NCBI GenBank assembly: GCA_019358915.1
Contig: JAHHIM010000009.1
Location: 1 to 64,000 of the forward strand
Length of the DNA: 64,000 nucleotides
Source: Trichormus sp. ATA11-4-KO1
GTDB lineage: Bacteria > Cyanobacteriota > Cyanobacteriia > Cyanobacteriales > Nostocaceae
Direction: 5' to 3'
How positions within the stretch are numbered: position 1 is the stretch's first letter; each line of letters starts with the position of its first letter. The notes beneath the pieces are model-generated. The model saw only the letters and a program-made list of their open reading frames with translations, was not told where the DNA came from and searched no databases. A program made the translations under genes and the position numbers. Positions 62,986 to 64,000 of the stretch are shown piece by piece.

Positions 62986-64000
62986 ATGCATTCAATGGGT
63001 ATTGTAAAAAATTGGCAAAGAATATTTGCCTTGTTAATAGTAGTCGTCATGTGTGTAGGTTGTAGTAAAGTTCCCTCCACCAACTTCAATCCTTGGGAAA
63101 TTATTTCTGTACCAACGGACGCGAAGCTACTGGATATTACCTTTACTGATAATCCGCAGCATGGCTTTCTCGTAGGTAGCAACGCCACGCTTTTGGAAAC
63201 TAATGACGGTGGTAATACTTGGCAACCGCTAACATTAGCACTAGATGATCCCAAGTCTCGCTTCGATTCAGTAAGTTTTGCTGGTAAAGAAGGCTGGATT
63301 GCGGGAGAGCCTTCTTTACTGTTACACACCACCGATGAAGGTCGTTCTTGGTCGCGCATTCCCTTGAGCGAAAAGTTACCCGGTAATCCGATCGCTATCT
63401 ACGCTCTGGGAGAAAACGCAGCTGAAATGGCTACTGATGTGGGAGCAATATATCGCACCACAGACGGGGGTAAAAACTGGAAAGCCCAGGTAGAAGCAGC
63501 AGTTGGAGTAGTTCGTAATATGGAACGCTCGGCTGATGGTAAATATGTTGCCGTGTCCGCTAAAGGTAGTTTCTACTCGACTTGGGAACCAGGACAAAGT
63601 GCTTGGCAACCCCACAACCGCAATAGTTCTCGACGCCTAGAAAATATGGGTTTTACAGAGAATGGTCAATTGTGGTTGTTAGCACGGGGAGGTCAAGTGC
63701 AGTTTAGCGATCCGACTAATCCTGAGGAATGGCAAGAGGCACAAAATCCTGAGTTGGCTACAAGTTGGGGCCTGCTAGATTTGGCATATCGTACTCCCAA
63801 GGAAATTTGGATAGGTGGCGGTAGCGGTAATTTGCTGCACAGTGCTGACGGTGGTCAAACCTGGGAAAAAGACCGTGATGTGGAAGAGGTCGCTGCTAAT
63901 TTGTACAAAGTTGTCTTTTTTCAGCCTGACCAGGGATTTGTTATAGGCGATCGCGGCGTTTTGCTAAAATACCAACCAAACATGGCCAAAGCTTCTTCAT
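62986..64000 (+). CDS. ycf48: PSII assembly factor Ycf48/HCF136 (runs off the right edge; missing from the ORF track)
   Basis: Frame from ATG 62986: lipobox CVGC, repeated T.DGG..W motifs, RNSSRRLENMG; follows rubA. Confidence 0.92.
   Translation, partial: MHSMGIVKNWQRIFALLIVVVMCVGCSKVPSTNFNPWEIISVPTDAKLLDITFTDNPQHGFLVGSNATLLETNDGGNTWQPLTLALDDPKSRFDSVSFAGKEGWIAGEPSLLLHTTDEGRSWSRIPLSEKLPGNPIAIYALGENAAEMATDVGAIYRTTDGGKNWKAQVEAAVGVVRNMERSADGKYVAVSAKGSFYSTWEPGQSAWQPHNRNSSRRLENMGFTENGQLWLLARGGQVQFSDPTNPEEWQEAQNPELATSWGLLDLAYRTPKEIWIGGGSGNLLHSADGGQTWEKDRDVEEVAANLYKVVFFQPDQGFVIGDRGVLLKYQPNMAKASS

Noticed and set aside
1..64000. CRISPR array, tRNA or rRNA genes
   Set aside because: No regularly spaced repeat-spacer units or cloverleafs seen; tandem repeats are 7-8-nt STRRs.

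Overview
Chromosomal window of a filamentous, probably heterocyst-forming cyanobacterium (Nostocales-like). The assignment rests on frequent HIP1 GCGATCGC, STRR heptamer/octamer arrays, Yfr1, ndhCKJ and rubA-ycf48. Most genes are housekeeping: plsX-fabH-fabD, pepA, metG-NYN-lptC, dacB, guaB-Yfr1-trxA, yqiJ-like/flotillin, mutS2, DUF3038-DUF4335, DUF2997-ycf35-ferredoxin, bioU, pilB-pilT-pilC, grpE-dnaK-(6S RNA)-dnaJ-tusA-like-rsgA, GH57, rsmG, surE, ndhCKJ, rubA, ycf48. Accessory DNA includes an IS5-family end truncating a TonB-dependent receptor, a toxin-antitoxin/IS1 patch at 32-35 kb, and many small nested REP/SDR-like repeats. The most striking unexplained feature is a highly structured ~144-nt insert just upstream of dnaJ. 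It splits in half a 20-nt repeat that occurs intact at 57601, and it carries two internal segments complementary to its own flank. All calls come from reading the sequence and recalling families; no searches or folding programs were run.
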